A stretch of 64,000 nt of DNA, from positions 60,336-124,335 of the forward strand of contig JACPZA010000031.1 of NCBI GenBank assembly GCA_016195715.1, read 5' to 3'. The notes below the pieces were generated by a model. That model was not told the DNA's origin, searched no databases, and worked only from the letters and a program-made list of their open reading frames with translations. Source of the stretch: Candidatus Daviesbacteria bacterium. Lineage in GTDB: Bacteria > Patescibacteriota > Microgenomatia > Daviesbacterales > UBA10151. Both the position numbers and the translations under genes were made by a program. Positions 1 to 9,094 of this stretch are shown one piece after another (positions within the stretch are counted from its first letter, which is position 1; each line of letters starts with the position of its first letter).

Positions 1-1
1 A

Positions 2-595
2 GTAGGCTGGCAATTATCCAGTACACCTGCCAGTGGTGTACCACAAGCTCCTATCGTGACTATTTCGTCAGATAGTTCTTGCAAAAGCGTTTCTCTTAAT
101 TGGAATGATGTTGCTAATGAAACAGGCTATATAGTGAATAGGAAAAAAACGGCTGATTCTACTTATTTAACTGTTTCTGGAACACTCCCAGCCAACACCA
201 CGACCTATACTGATAACCTAGATATTTCAGCCACTAGCTATGATTATTTAGTTAAATCCCTAAATGATTTTGGCAAATCTGATCGATCTAATATAGTCAC
301 AGCTCCAGTTACTCCAACAACCCCATCTAATTTAGCTTCTGGCGCAGTTACCAAAACTACCATTGCACTTTCTTGGATCGATAATTCTGATAATGAAACA
401 GGTTTTGTAGTTAACAGAAAAAAAACCACCGATTCTACTTATTTAACTGTTTCTGGAACTTTGCCAGCAAATACTACAACCTATACTGATAAAAACCTAG
501 CAGCAAACACTAGTTATGATTATTTGGTTAAATCAGTTAACTGTAGCGTTAAGTCAGATAGGTCAAATTTAATAACAGTTGTAACATCAAAATAA
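2..595 (+). CDS. C-terminal fragment of a surface protein with two tandem fibronectin type III-like repeats (5' end lies outside the window)
   Basis: The frame is open from the window edge. Two near-identical ~92-aa repeats (SLNWNDV..GYIVNRKKTADSTYLTVSGTLPANTTTYTD..SYDYLVKS) show the typical Fn3 W/Y/L pattern. The DNA repeat has a period of ~276 bp. Confidence 0.5.
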   Translation, partial: VGWQLSSTPASGVPQAPIVTISSDSSCKSVSLNWNDVANETGYIVNRKKTADSTYLTVSGTLPANTTTYTDNLDISATSYDYLVKSLNDFGKSDRSNIVTAPVTPTTPSNLASGAVTKTTIALSWIDNSDNETGFVVNRKKTTDSTYLTVSGTLPANTTTYTDKNLAANTSYDYLVKSVNCSVKSDRSNLITVVTSK

Positions 596-2565
596 TGAAA
601 TTAATTAGGTTGGCTATATTTTTAATAGTTTTTTCAGTATTAGGATTATTTATGGTGTCCCATTTACCTTTAACTAAAACTGTTTTAGCTGCTTCAGTTA
701 CAGTTTCAGGTAAAGCTTATGACTCAGCAACTAATAAAGCTGTGGCAGTTGGATTAAAAGTAGCAACCTGTGGATCAAGTTCTAGAGATCCAGTTATTAA
801 ATCAGATGGGACTTTTAGTTTCAGTTTAAATACCGGAGATTTATTTTGTATTCGAGGACCAGCAGTTTCTGGGTATACTAATGACTGTTGTTATGAGTGG
901 CAAATAGCTGGTATTAATTGTCCCCAAGATACGAAAAATCCTAGCTGTCAAGCTGGAGGAGCTCAAGGAGCTGTATCTCAAGATAGAGGGAGTGATTCTG
1001 GTTATAACATTATTTACACTAGTGTTCCAAGTAATGGTGGGAATGTTTCGGGAAAATTATTTGATAAAGATACCAACCAAGCTTTAGGTGTGGGTTTAAA
1101 AGTGGCAACTTGTGGTGCAAATCCCAGCCGAGATCCAACAGTCAATTCTGATGGAACATTTGAGTTTACTGTTCCCAAAGGTGGTCTGTATTGTGTCAGA
1201 GCACCTGATGTTTCTGGCTATAAAAACACCACTGGTTGTTGTTTTGAATGGCAGGTGGCTGGAATTGACTGTCAAGCAAATAAAACTAATCCCAACTGCC
1301 AGGGTAAAAATCCAGATGGAACTGGGTCAACAACTATGGATCGCTCAACTGATACAGGATATGATTTTGCTTATTCTAAAATAGTTAGCTCCCCAACTCC
1401 AACTACACCGCCCACGTCTACACCCTCAGCGACTGTCGCCCCTACCATAGTAACTAAGATTGAGTTGGCTGAAGATCCTAATTTTACCAACTCGGTGACA
1501 GTTGTCCCCTCGCCTTATAATAGCGATTCGGCTGGCAATGCCATTTCCACTTATAATTTTTTGCCAGATAGCTCAACTGGCTTAGTCTCATCTGGAATAA
1601 AAAATGTTTGGGTTAGATACAGCTCATCAGATGGTCAAACAGAGATTGCAGGGCCTGCATCGATTGAGTTTGTGGCTTCTGATCCAGTAGTTACCGAGCT
1701 TAGCTGTTTGAAGGATTCAAGTAATAATGTAACATTTAATTTTATTGGATCTGATTTTGGCCAAACTCCCGGGACAATTACTGCTGTTGTATCTGATACT
1801 CAAACTCCCTTAGCTTTGCAAGGAGTTTGGACAGAGACTTCAGTATCTGGAAGTCTGCCTAATACTCCAACTGATGTAACCACTTTTCCTGTTAGCTTAA
1901 CTCGCTTTGATGGAAAAACTGTCAGTAGTGTTTGTGATTTAACCGCAGCTCAAATTTCCATTGGTGCTGATTATTTTTGTCCAGCTATTCCAAACCATCA
2001 AGAAGATAATGTGAATATGACTATTTATGACGCAGTTTCTGGAAATAAACTAGATGATGAAACTGTTTCGATTAATCCTTTAGGGATAGTCTCCGGATAT
2101 ACATTTACTTTTATTGAAAACGGTAAATATACTCTTTCACTAAAACCGACCTTTGGTTTGCGCCGCTTTGGTAGTTTTACAGCCAAGACTAATCCAGGAA
2201 ATACCAATATTGTTAATCTTTCGCTGCCTGTTGGGGATATTGCTCCAGATAATGGTGATGGAATTATTAATGATTTTGATGGTCAAGAATTAAAGATTCA
2301 CCAATTTGGTGATGTTCCAACCGATGCTACCCGCTCCGGCGATTTTAATAAAGATAGTGCAGTTAATTCTTTCGATTGGTCTTGTATGAAATCTGATTAT
2401 TTCGAAACTGATGCACCGCTACCAAACTTTCCAGTCTCTGGTTTTGGAGCAACACCCACTCCTACACCGACACCATTTTTTAGCTCTTTCCCCACTAATA
2501 CTCCAACTCCGACTCCAACTTTAGAGCCAAGTAGCGAAGTCAGTCCAACACCAGCTAGTACATAA
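595..2565 (+). CDS. Secreted modular protein: signal peptide, 2x Cys-rich 'CCYEWQ' repeat module, beta-rich middle region, C-terminal dockerin (two Ca-binding segments) and PT-linker tail
   Basis: There is an N-terminal hydrophobic signal. A ~110-aa module is duplicated (VSGKxYD..ATCG..FC(I/V)RAP..CCYEWQ(I/V)AG(I/V)(N/D)C.). Two dockerin segments match the DxNxDGxINxxD consensus (DNGDGIINDFD, DFNKDSAVNSFD). A TPTPTP linker follows. The TAATG start overlaps the previous stop. Confidence 0.6.
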   Translation: MKLIRLAIFLIVFSVLGLFMVSHLPLTKTVLAASVTVSGKAYDSATNKAVAVGLKVATCGSSSRDPVIKSDGTFSFSLNTGDLFCIRGPAVSGYTNDCCYEWQIAGINCPQDTKNPSCQAGGAQGAVSQDRGSDSGYNIIYTSVPSNGGNVSGKLFDKDTNQALGVGLKVATCGANPSRDPTVNSDGTFEFTVPKGGLYCVRAPDVSGYKNTTGCCFEWQVAGIDCQANKTNPNCQGKNPDGTGSTTMDRSTDTGYDFAYSKIVSSPTPTTPPTSTPSATVAPTIVTKIELAEDPNFTNSVTVVPSPYNSDSAGNAISTYNFLPDSSTGLVSSGIKNVWVRYSSSDGQTEIAGPASIEFVASDPVVTELSCLKDSSNNVTFNFIGSDFGQTPGTITAVVSDTQTPLALQGVWTETSVSGSLPNTPTDVTTFPVSLTRFDGKTVSSVCDLTAAQISIGADYFCPAIPNHQEDNVNMTIYDAVSGNKLDDETVSINPLGIVSGYTFTFIENGKYTLSLKPTFGLRRFGSFTAKTNPGNTNIVNLSLPVGDIAPDNGDGIINDFDGQELKIHQFGDVPTDATRSGDFNKDSAVNSFDWSCMKSDYFETDAPLPNFPVSGFGATPTPTPTPFFSSFPTNTPTPTPTLEPSSEVSPTPAST

Positions 2566-2614
2566 AAATATATAATGAACAAGTTCTTGTTGTACAATAA
2601 ATTTAAAGCTTAAA

Positions 2615-3286
2615 ATGGGAACAGAATCTGCCGCACCAATCATCATTCATACTACTCCTTTACCTGAAAATAAGGGTATACTACCTTCTCAGTATCCAAA
2701 ATCTTTTCCCAAAATACTTTTTATAGTTTTAATTTTAATTATCATAGCTGAGTTAATTTGGGGAGCTTGGTATATTTTCAGACCCCTTCAAAAAAGAATA
2801 AACTCAAGTCCACAAAACAGTTTGGTGACCAAATTACCTAAGTCTACTGCTTCCATTAAACTTTCATCTATAAATCCTAGCGTATCAGTTGGAGATAAAC
2901 TGTCTGTGGATATTAATTTAAGTTCAAAAAACACCCCTTCAGATGGAGTGGATATAGTCATTAAATATGATCCTAACTTTCTTAGGGTTGAAGGTAAAAA
3001 TGAGGAAGTTTTTATCAAAGGTAGTGTTTTTCCAGAATACCTAGGTTACAAGGTTGATAATAAACTGGGAGTGTTGCGTATTTCTGGGATTAGTGAGGTT
3101 ACATCAGCTCCGGCAATTGCCCAGGGATTGTTTGGGACGGTTAATTTTAAAGCTGTCAATCAGGGAACAACTCAAGTGGTGGTGGATTTTAAGCCAGGAA
3201 ATACTACTGATTCTAACGTCATTGATAGTAAGTCAAATAAAGATATTCTTGACAAAGTGAGCAACCTTTCAGTTAAGATTAATTAG
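2615..3286 (+). CDS. Membrane-anchored cohesin-like domain protein
   Basis: An N-terminal TM helix (ILFIVLILIIIAELIWGAWYIF) is followed by a beta-sandwich-like domain with cohesin-type strands (DIVIKYDPNFLRVEG...GSVFP...LFGTVNFKAVNQGTTQVVVDF). Confidence 0.4.
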   Translation: MGTESAAPIIIHTTPLPENKGILPSQYPKSFPKILFIVLILIIIAELIWGAWYIFRPLQKRINSSPQNSLVTKLPKSTASIKLSSINPSVSVGDKLSVDINLSSKNTPSDGVDIVIKYDPNFLRVEGKNEEVFIKGSVFPEYLGYKVDNKLGVLRISGISEVTSAPAIAQGLFGTVNFKAVNQGTTQVVVDFKPGNTTDSNVIDSKSNKDILDKVSNLSVKIN

Positions 3287-4057
3287 ATGATTAAAAAAAT
3301 TATCGGACTTTTGGCTTTAATTGTTTTTTTAGTTACTCCATCAAGCGCACTTGCAGTTGGAGCAACTTTGTCACTTAATCCTTCCAGTTCAACTGTCAAT
3401 AAAGGTTGCAGTTTTTCTGTTGGGATTGACTTAGATACTGGAGGTAATAATACCGATGGGACTGATGTAATTTTAAAATTTGACCCAACTATTTTAACAG
3501 CTGGAGCAATTACTCAAGGTTCAGTTTATCCTGATTATCCTGGCAAATCAACAGATAACTCAGCCGGGACAGTCACTATTTCTGGACTAGCGTCAGTAAC
3601 CACCCCATTTAATGGTAGTGGCAGATTTGCTGATGTCAGTTTTACAGTTAACCCCAACGCTTCTCAATCAGTTGCTCAGATAAATTTTGATTTTGATCCC
3701 TCTAATAAAACAAATTCCCGGGATTCAAATGTGGTTCAATCAGTTAACGTGGTGGATATTTTAAATTCAGTTACTAATGGTAGTTATACAATTGCTAGTG
3801 GTGCTTGTTCAACTACAGCTACCTCTACACCTACCCCTACTCCAGTTCCTGGTGGTGGCGGAGTAATTGGTGCTTCTACCCCAACCCCTACTCCATTTGG
3901 TTTTATAAATGGAGTTCCAAAAGGTGGATTAATTGCTAGTGGCTCAGGTAATAACAACACTTTGCCTCCAGCTGGAGTTTCTGGACCAACCTTAGCGCTG
4001 TCTATTGTTGGTGTGTTTTTAGTAATTGGTGGAATACTGGGTTTAGCTTTACTTTAA
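3287..4057 (+). CDS. Cohesin-like domain protein with PT/Gly linker and C-terminal LPPAG + TM anchor
   Basis: A signal peptide precedes a cohesin-like core (VILKFDPTILTAG..GSVYPDYPG..GRFADVSFTVNPNAS). Then come a TPTPTPVPGGGG linker and a C-terminal 'LPPAG' followed by a ~25-aa hydrophobic segment ending the protein. The start is adjacent to the upstream stop (TAGATG). Confidence 0.45.
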   Translation: MIKKIIGLLALIVFLVTPSSALAVGATLSLNPSSSTVNKGCSFSVGIDLDTGGNNTDGTDVILKFDPTILTAGAITQGSVYPDYPGKSTDNSAGTVTISGLASVTTPFNGSGRFADVSFTVNPNASQSVAQINFDFDPSNKTNSRDSNVVQSVNVVDILNSVTNGSYTIASGACSTTATSTPTPTPVPGGGGVIGASTPTPTPFGFINGVPKGGLIASGSGNNNTLPPAGVSGPTLALSIVGVFLVIGGILGLALL

Positions 4058-4088
4058 GGACAGAGGACAGAAGATTGAAGATGGAAGT

Positions 4089-5012
4089 ATGAATTTATCT
4101 ACTCTGATAGCTGATTTTTTGGAATATTTAGAGTTGGAAAGAAATGTTTCCCAAAAAACAATTAAAAATTATTCTCATTATTTAAAAAGATTTTTAGATT
4201 TTGCTGGAGATATTAAAGTCTCAAATATTGATTTAAATTTAATTAGAAAATATCGGCTATTTTTAGCCAGGTTTATAGATGAACAAACCAAAAAGCCCTT
4301 AAAACGGGTTACTCAAAATTTCTTTTTAATTGCATTAAGAGCTTTCTTGAGGTATTTATCACGAATTGATGTTAAATCCCTTTCTGCTGAAAAAGTGGAG
4401 CTTGGTGAACAAGACCCCTCCCCGCTTCGTATTTTGAATGAAGATGATTTAGCCAGATTACTTCAAGCACCTGGACAAAGTTCTAAAGAAGGGATTAGAG
4501 ATAAAACTATTTTGGAGCTGCTTTTTTCAACTGGGCTTAGAGTTTCAGAACTGGCATCGCTAAATAGAGATCAAATTAATTTACAAAGACGTGAGTTTGG
4601 AGTAGTAGGAAAAGGTGGTAAAGAACGGGTAGTTTTTTTATCAGATTCTGCCGTGGAGTGGTTAGAAAGATTTTTAATGATGAGAAAAGATAGTTTTAAA
4701 CCTTTATTTATTCGTTATCAAGGTCGAGTTGAAACTTTAGATCAGGGAGAAAAAATGAGACTCACTCCTCGCTCAATTGAACGAATTGTAGAAAAATATG
4801 TTAAATTAGTTGGTCTTGCTATTAAAGCTACACCGCATACTCTAAGGCATTCATTTGCAACCGATTTATTAATAAATGGAGCGGATATTAGATCAGTTCA
4901 AGAGATGTTAGGTCATTCCAATATTTCTACCACTCAAATTTATACTCATGTAACAAACCGCCAACTCAAAGAAGTCCATAAAGCTTTTCATAGCAAAAAC
5001 CGCTCAGAGTAA
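4089..5012 (+). CDS. Tyrosine recombinase, XerC/XerD family
   Basis: The C-terminal catalytic motifs HTLRHSFATDLL...GHS..STTQIYTHV (R-H-R-Y tyrosine) are present, with a phage-integrase N-terminal SAM-like domain. Confidence 0.85.
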   Translation: MNLSTLIADFLEYLELERNVSQKTIKNYSHYLKRFLDFAGDIKVSNIDLNLIRKYRLFLARFIDEQTKKPLKRVTQNFFLIALRAFLRYLSRIDVKSLSAEKVELGEQDPSPLRILNEDDLARLLQAPGQSSKEGIRDKTILELLFSTGLRVSELASLNRDQINLQRREFGVVGKGGKERVVFLSDSAVEWLERFLMMRKDSFKPLFIRYQGRVETLDQGEKMRLTPRSIERIVEKYVKLVGLAIKATPHTLRHSFATDLLINGADIRSVQEMLGHSNISTTQIYTHVTNRQLKEVHKAFHSKNRSE

Positions 5013-5014
5013 GA

Positions 5015-5356
5015 TTAAAATTCTTTAAGAAGCATTGACAGTGCGGTAGATATCACAGATAAAACTATTGCTCCTAAAATTGCTGCCCACCAACCATCAA
5101 TAGTTAAGCCTGGAACTAAAGCTGAAGCCAGTTTTAAAACAATTGCATTCACCACAAAGGCAAATAGACCCAAAGTTAAAAAAGTTAAAGGTGCTGTTAA
5201 AATTAATAATACTGGTTTAATAAAAGTATTAATTACCCCTAAAACTATGGCAGCCAAAATAGCTGCTTGAAAATTTACAACATGAAAGCCTGGAACAAGG
5301 TAGGCTGTAATAATTAAAGCTAGTGCATTAACAAGTAATGAAATAATTAAGAACAT
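5015..5356 (-). CDS. Phage holin family (Phage_holin_4_2/YvlD-like) small membrane protein
   Basis: It is 113 aa, almost entirely 3-4 TM helices, with the characteristic ...GW..AILGAIVLSV.. pattern of the PF04020 family. Confidence 0.55.
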   Translation of the reverse strand: MFLIISLLVNALALIITAYLVPGFHVVNFQAAILAAIVLGVINTFIKPVLLILTAPLTFLTLGLFAFVVNAIVLKLASALVPGLTIDGWWAAILGAIVLSVISTALSMLLKEF

Positions 5357-5381
5357 ATATAATTCTAGTCACATCTCACAT

Positions 5382-6317
5382 TTACTTGTCAACTAAAGAT
5401 TTTAAAAGTTGAACATTTTCTAAATCAGGACCATTACCTGCAAATCCAGGGACTTCTAGAATAAAGGGTATATCTTTTAACTTGGGGTGATTAATTAAAT
5501 TAGAAAAGCCTTCTTTGCCAATAAAACCTTCACCAATATTTTCATGACGATCACGATTTGATCTATATTCTACTTTTGAATCATTAGCATGAATAACAGC
5601 TAAATTTTCTAAACCAATTTCTTGCTCAAACTCTTCCAAAACATCTTTTAATCCTAAAACTGATTTAACATCATAACCTGATGCAAAAACATGTTGCGTA
5701 TCTAAACAAATTTTTAATCTGGGGTTATCAACTTGTTTTAAAATCTCACCTAGTTCTCTAAAATTCCCTCCAAGATTTCCGCCAGCACCAGCAGAAGTTT
5801 CTAAAATTAGCTGTGGTTGTTTGAATCGTTTGGGGTCCTGCCGGTCCGCAGCTCCATCCGATGTCCTCACTGCGCTGCGGGCACTCGATGGGGCGCCCCG
5901 CTCCCCGTCACCCCTCACTTCCTTTAGGATCAAACCTAAACTTTTTATTACCTGTTCCTTAATTGCCTCAAAGCCTACTCCTTTATGAGAACCAAGATGA
6001 AAAATTACACCTTGCATTTCTAAGTCCTTGGCCAAATTTAGCGCATAAATAAGCCAATCAATTGATTTTTTTAAATGTTCTTTGTTTTGTGTTCCTAAAT
6101 TTATTAGATAAGTCCCATGGATAAAATTAGGGGAAATCCCCGACTCTTTCTGAGCTTTTAAAAAAGCTGAAACTTCATCTTCTGGATGTCTAGTTTTTAA
6201 CCATTGTTGTGGAGGTGAGATAAAAATTTGAAAACAGTCTGCATTAATTTGCTTAGCTCTTTGAAAAGCTAATTCTAAGGAAACTGAGGCTGAAACATGA
6301 GCTCCAACTTTTGGCAT
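5382..6317 (-). CDS. nfo: Deoxyribonuclease IV (endonuclease IV, AP endonuclease family 2) carrying a ~35-aa GC-rich in-frame insertion
   Basis: Nfo motifs are present: MPKVGAHVS, HANDSK, and metal-binding His/Asp/Glu in the TIM-barrel pattern. Length is 311 aa against a typical ~280. The insert RGDGERGAPSSARSAVRTSDGAADRQDPKRF is encoded by a >60% GC stretch. Confidence 0.85.
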   Translation of the reverse strand: MPKVGAHVSASVSLELAFQRAKQINADCFQIFISPPQQWLKTRHPEDEVSAFLKAQKESGISPNFIHGTYLINLGTQNKEHLKKSIDWLIYALNLAKDLEMQGVIFHLGSHKGVGFEAIKEQVIKSLGLILKEVRGDGERGAPSSARSAVRTSDGAADRQDPKRFKQPQLILETSAGAGGNLGGNFRELGEILKQVDNPRLKICLDTQHVFASGYDVKSVLGLKDVLEEFEQEIGLENLAVIHANDSKVEYRSNRDRHENIGEGFIGKEGFSNLINHPKLKDIPFILEVPGFAGNGPDLENVQLLKSLVDK

Positions 6318-6374
6318 AAAGCAATATTAACAAATTGCTTAAAAAAAAGTTAAACTTGACAGTGTTTTAAAAGT

Positions 6375-9017
6375 GTGAGTATTGTGAAAATAATGAAGAA
6401 ATTATCTCAGTCGGGGTTTGCTGGAATTTTAGGGCTTTTTAGCTTACTGATTGTGATTATGGGTATTTTAGCTGGGGTTTACTTAGTTAAAAATTATTCA
6501 ACTAATCCAAAGACCCAAGCGACAGGTGAAACTATTAAATTTGTTGATGACCAAGGAAATACTATTAACTCAACCACCTCAAATATAGTTAAAGTTTCGC
6601 TAACTGCTCCAGTTTGGTCAGCTACGTCTAGCAGTTTTTTGAAATTAATTCCTAATTTGTCTTTAATCAAAGATGCCCAAGCTGCAACTTTATATACAGT
6701 TTCAGGAAAACTCTATGATCAAAAAACTAATCAAGGAATTGGAGCAGGATTAACAATTGAAACTTGTGCTGATCCAAGTTTTAGAAGTAACCCCAAAGTA
6801 AGTTCTGATGGGACTTTTAGTTTCCAAGTTAGGGATAAAGAAACTTATTGTGTCAGGGCTCCACAAGTTTCAGGTTACAGTCTTAGTGGAACTTGTTGTT
6901 ATGAGTGGCAAATTGCCAATATTAATTGCCAGACAAGCTCAGATCCAGTTTGTGGAGGTTCATCAGATGAATCATCAGGTGCTAAAGAGCAAGATAGGTC
7001 AACTGACTCTGGTTTTAATTTTGCTTATCAAGCAAGTGGCAATAGCGGAGGGGGCGGAAGTGGTGATTCTGGCAAAGTAAAAGTTTCTGGAAAGGCTTAC
7101 GACAAAGCTACCAATAAACCAGTTGGAGTTGGACTAACTGTGGCAACTTGTGGTGGTGCAAAAAGGGATCCAGTTATTCAATCTGATGGCAGCTTTCAAT
7201 TTAAAGTTGATCAAGGCGGACTATTTTGTGTCAGAGCACCTGATGTTTCAAGATACACTAACAACTGCTGTTATGAGTGGCAAATTGCTGGGGTAGATTG
7301 TGCAGCTCATCCTAAAAGTGCTGATTGTCAGCAAGGTGATGCTAAGACCATGGACCAAAGTACAGATAGCAACTACAATATAATATACACCTCAAAAACC
7401 AAACCTACCCCAACACCTAATCCCCAAACAAAATCAGTAGTTTTAGCTGAAGATCCAAACTTTACTATTAATTCTAAAACTCTAGATTTTACAACCAGTC
7501 CAATAAGTTATACTTTTTCTGATTCAACTCCAGGTTTAAAAGTTTTATATGCTAAATTTATTGCAATTGATGGTAGAGTTCAAAACGCTTCACCCTTCCC
7601 TGCTCAAATTCAATTGATCAATGCGTCTAGCAAACCTAATATTATAGTTGTTATGACAGATGATCAAACTCTACAATCAATGGCTTATCTTCCAAAAGTT
7701 AACTCATTAATTCGTGATCAGGGTAGCGAATTTACCAATTTCTTTGTTTCTAGCTCACTTTGTTGTCCATCCCGCTCGGAATTTTTAACCGGTCAATATG
7801 CCCACAATAATGGAGTTATCTCAAATCAACCTCCAAACGGTGGTTATGACAAGCTAGATAATACCAATACTTTAGCAGTCTGGTTAAAAAATTCAGGTTA
7901 TTATACCGGACTAGTTGGCAAATATTTAAATGGTTTTGGTAATGCTAAAAATGCTGATCCCAAAGCTCTCCCACCTGGCTGGAGCGATTTTCATGGCGGT
8001 TGGGGTCAATCATTTTATAGTAGTTATTTTAACTATACTTTGGATGAAAATGGTAAATTAGTTGATTATAAAGATGATGGTGTAACTGATAATAGCTACA
8101 TGACTAATGTCTTAACCCAAAGGGCGGTTGATTTTATAAATGGCCGTAAAAATGATTCTAATCCTTTCTTTCTTTGGTTAACTTATTTTACCCCTCACGA
8201 AGATGCCTCAGTTGATGGGCCAACTCCAGCTAGAAAATACCAGGGTAAGTTTGCTAGTGAGCCTCTTCCAAAGCCTGCTAGCTTTAACGAAGCAGATGTT
8301 TCTGACAAACCCCAGATGGTCCAAGATTTTGCGCTGCTTAATTCATCAGACATCTCTCATATCACCAATCACTACCGTCATACCCTGGAAGCTTTGCAAT
8401 CTGTAGATGATGGAGTTGAAACACTAATTAATACCCTCCAAACTGCTGGTAAACTTGAGAATACAATTATTATGTTCACCTCAGACAATGGTTACTTTAA
8501 TGGAGAGCACAGAAAGCCCAAGGGTAAATCAATGCTTTATGAAAACTCGATTCATTTACCACTTTTAGTTTCTGGTCCAGGAATTCCTCATCAAAGCATT
8601 GATCGAGCAGTTGTAAACATTGATTTTGCACCAACCATTGTAGATTTTAGCGGCGCAACTGCTAAAAGAACTATGGATGGAATGTCTTTTAGAGGTTTAA
8701 TTGCCAGCCCGGCTATTTCATGGAGGGATAGTTTCTTATTAGATGGTCCAGAGAATGAATATACCGCTGTTAGAACAAAGCAATATATCTATGCCGAGCA
8801 TACCTCAGGAGGTAAGAATCCAAATGAGTTATATGATTTATTTAGTGACCCAGACGAGCTGACTAATTTAATGTATACTAACTCCAAAAGCCTAAACCAA
8901 GGATTGGTAACTATGCTCCATCAACTCAAAACTTGCAATGGTTCAAACTGTAATGTTCCCTTAGCCTCTGGATTGTTGCCTTGGACTAGTTCAACCAGTT
9001 CTGCAGGATTGAAATAA
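6375..9017 (+). CDS. Secreted/anchored fusion: N-terminal TM or pilin-like leader, 2x Cys-rich 'CCYEWQ' modules (paralogous to ORF 595) and a C-terminal sulfatase catalytic domain
   Basis: Sulfatase signature: IIVVMTDDQ...SSSLCCPSRSEFLTGQY (C-x-P-x-R formylglycine motif), with ...FTSDNGY..GEHR..KGK downstream. The upstream modules align with 595..2565 (VSGKAYDKATNKPVGVGLTVATCG..CCYEWQIAGVDC). Confidence 0.75.
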   Translation: MSIVKIMKKLSQSGFAGILGLFSLLIVIMGILAGVYLVKNYSTNPKTQATGETIKFVDDQGNTINSTTSNIVKVSLTAPVWSATSSSFLKLIPNLSLIKDAQAATLYTVSGKLYDQKTNQGIGAGLTIETCADPSFRSNPKVSSDGTFSFQVRDKETYCVRAPQVSGYSLSGTCCYEWQIANINCQTSSDPVCGGSSDESSGAKEQDRSTDSGFNFAYQASGNSGGGGSGDSGKVKVSGKAYDKATNKPVGVGLTVATCGGAKRDPVIQSDGSFQFKVDQGGLFCVRAPDVSRYTNNCCYEWQIAGVDCAAHPKSADCQQGDAKTMDQSTDSNYNIIYTSKTKPTPTPNPQTKSVVLAEDPNFTINSKTLDFTTSPISYTFSDSTPGLKVLYAKFIAIDGRVQNASPFPAQIQLINASSKPNIIVVMTDDQTLQSMAYLPKVNSLIRDQGSEFTNFFVSSSLCCPSRSEFLTGQYAHNNGVISNQPPNGGYDKLDNTNTLAVWLKNSGYYTGLVGKYLNGFGNAKNADPKALPPGWSDFHGGWGQSFYSSYFNYTLDENGKLVDYKDDGVTDNSYMTNVLTQRAVDFINGRKNDSNPFFLWLTYFTPHEDASVDGPTPARKYQGKFASEPLPKPASFNEADVSDKPQMVQDFALLNSSDISHITNHYRHTLEALQSVDDGVETLINTLQTAGKLENTIIMFTSDNGYFNGEHRKPKGKSMLYENSIHLPLLVSGPGIPHQSIDRAVVNIDFAPTIVDFSGATAKRTMDGMSFRGLIASPAISWRDSFLLDGPENEYTAVRTKQYIYAEHTSGGKNPNELYDLFSDPDELTNLMYTNSKSLNQGLVTMLHQLKTCNGSNCNVPLASGLLPWTSSTSSAGLK

Positions 9018-9094
9018 ACTAGATAATGTTTACCAAATTCTTACTTGCATCTTACATGTTTGTTACATATACTAATACTGTAATTTAAGTTTTT

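Noticed and set aside
56-595. Treating 56..595 as a complete gene starting at GTG 56
   Set aside because: The frame is open to the window edge and the sequence is a repeat array. It is more likely the 3' part of a larger gene beginning upstream of the window.
1112-1384. Internal or antisense small ORFs from the track (e.g. 1112..1384, 2025..2207, 2397..2597, 6808..7080, 8203..8406, 9599..9833, 12911..13093, 19332..19705, 27022..27246, 28594..28881, 36193..36516)
   Set aside because: Each is nested within or antisense to a well-supported gene and has no recognisable motifs. They are typical out-of-frame artefacts in AT-rich DNA.
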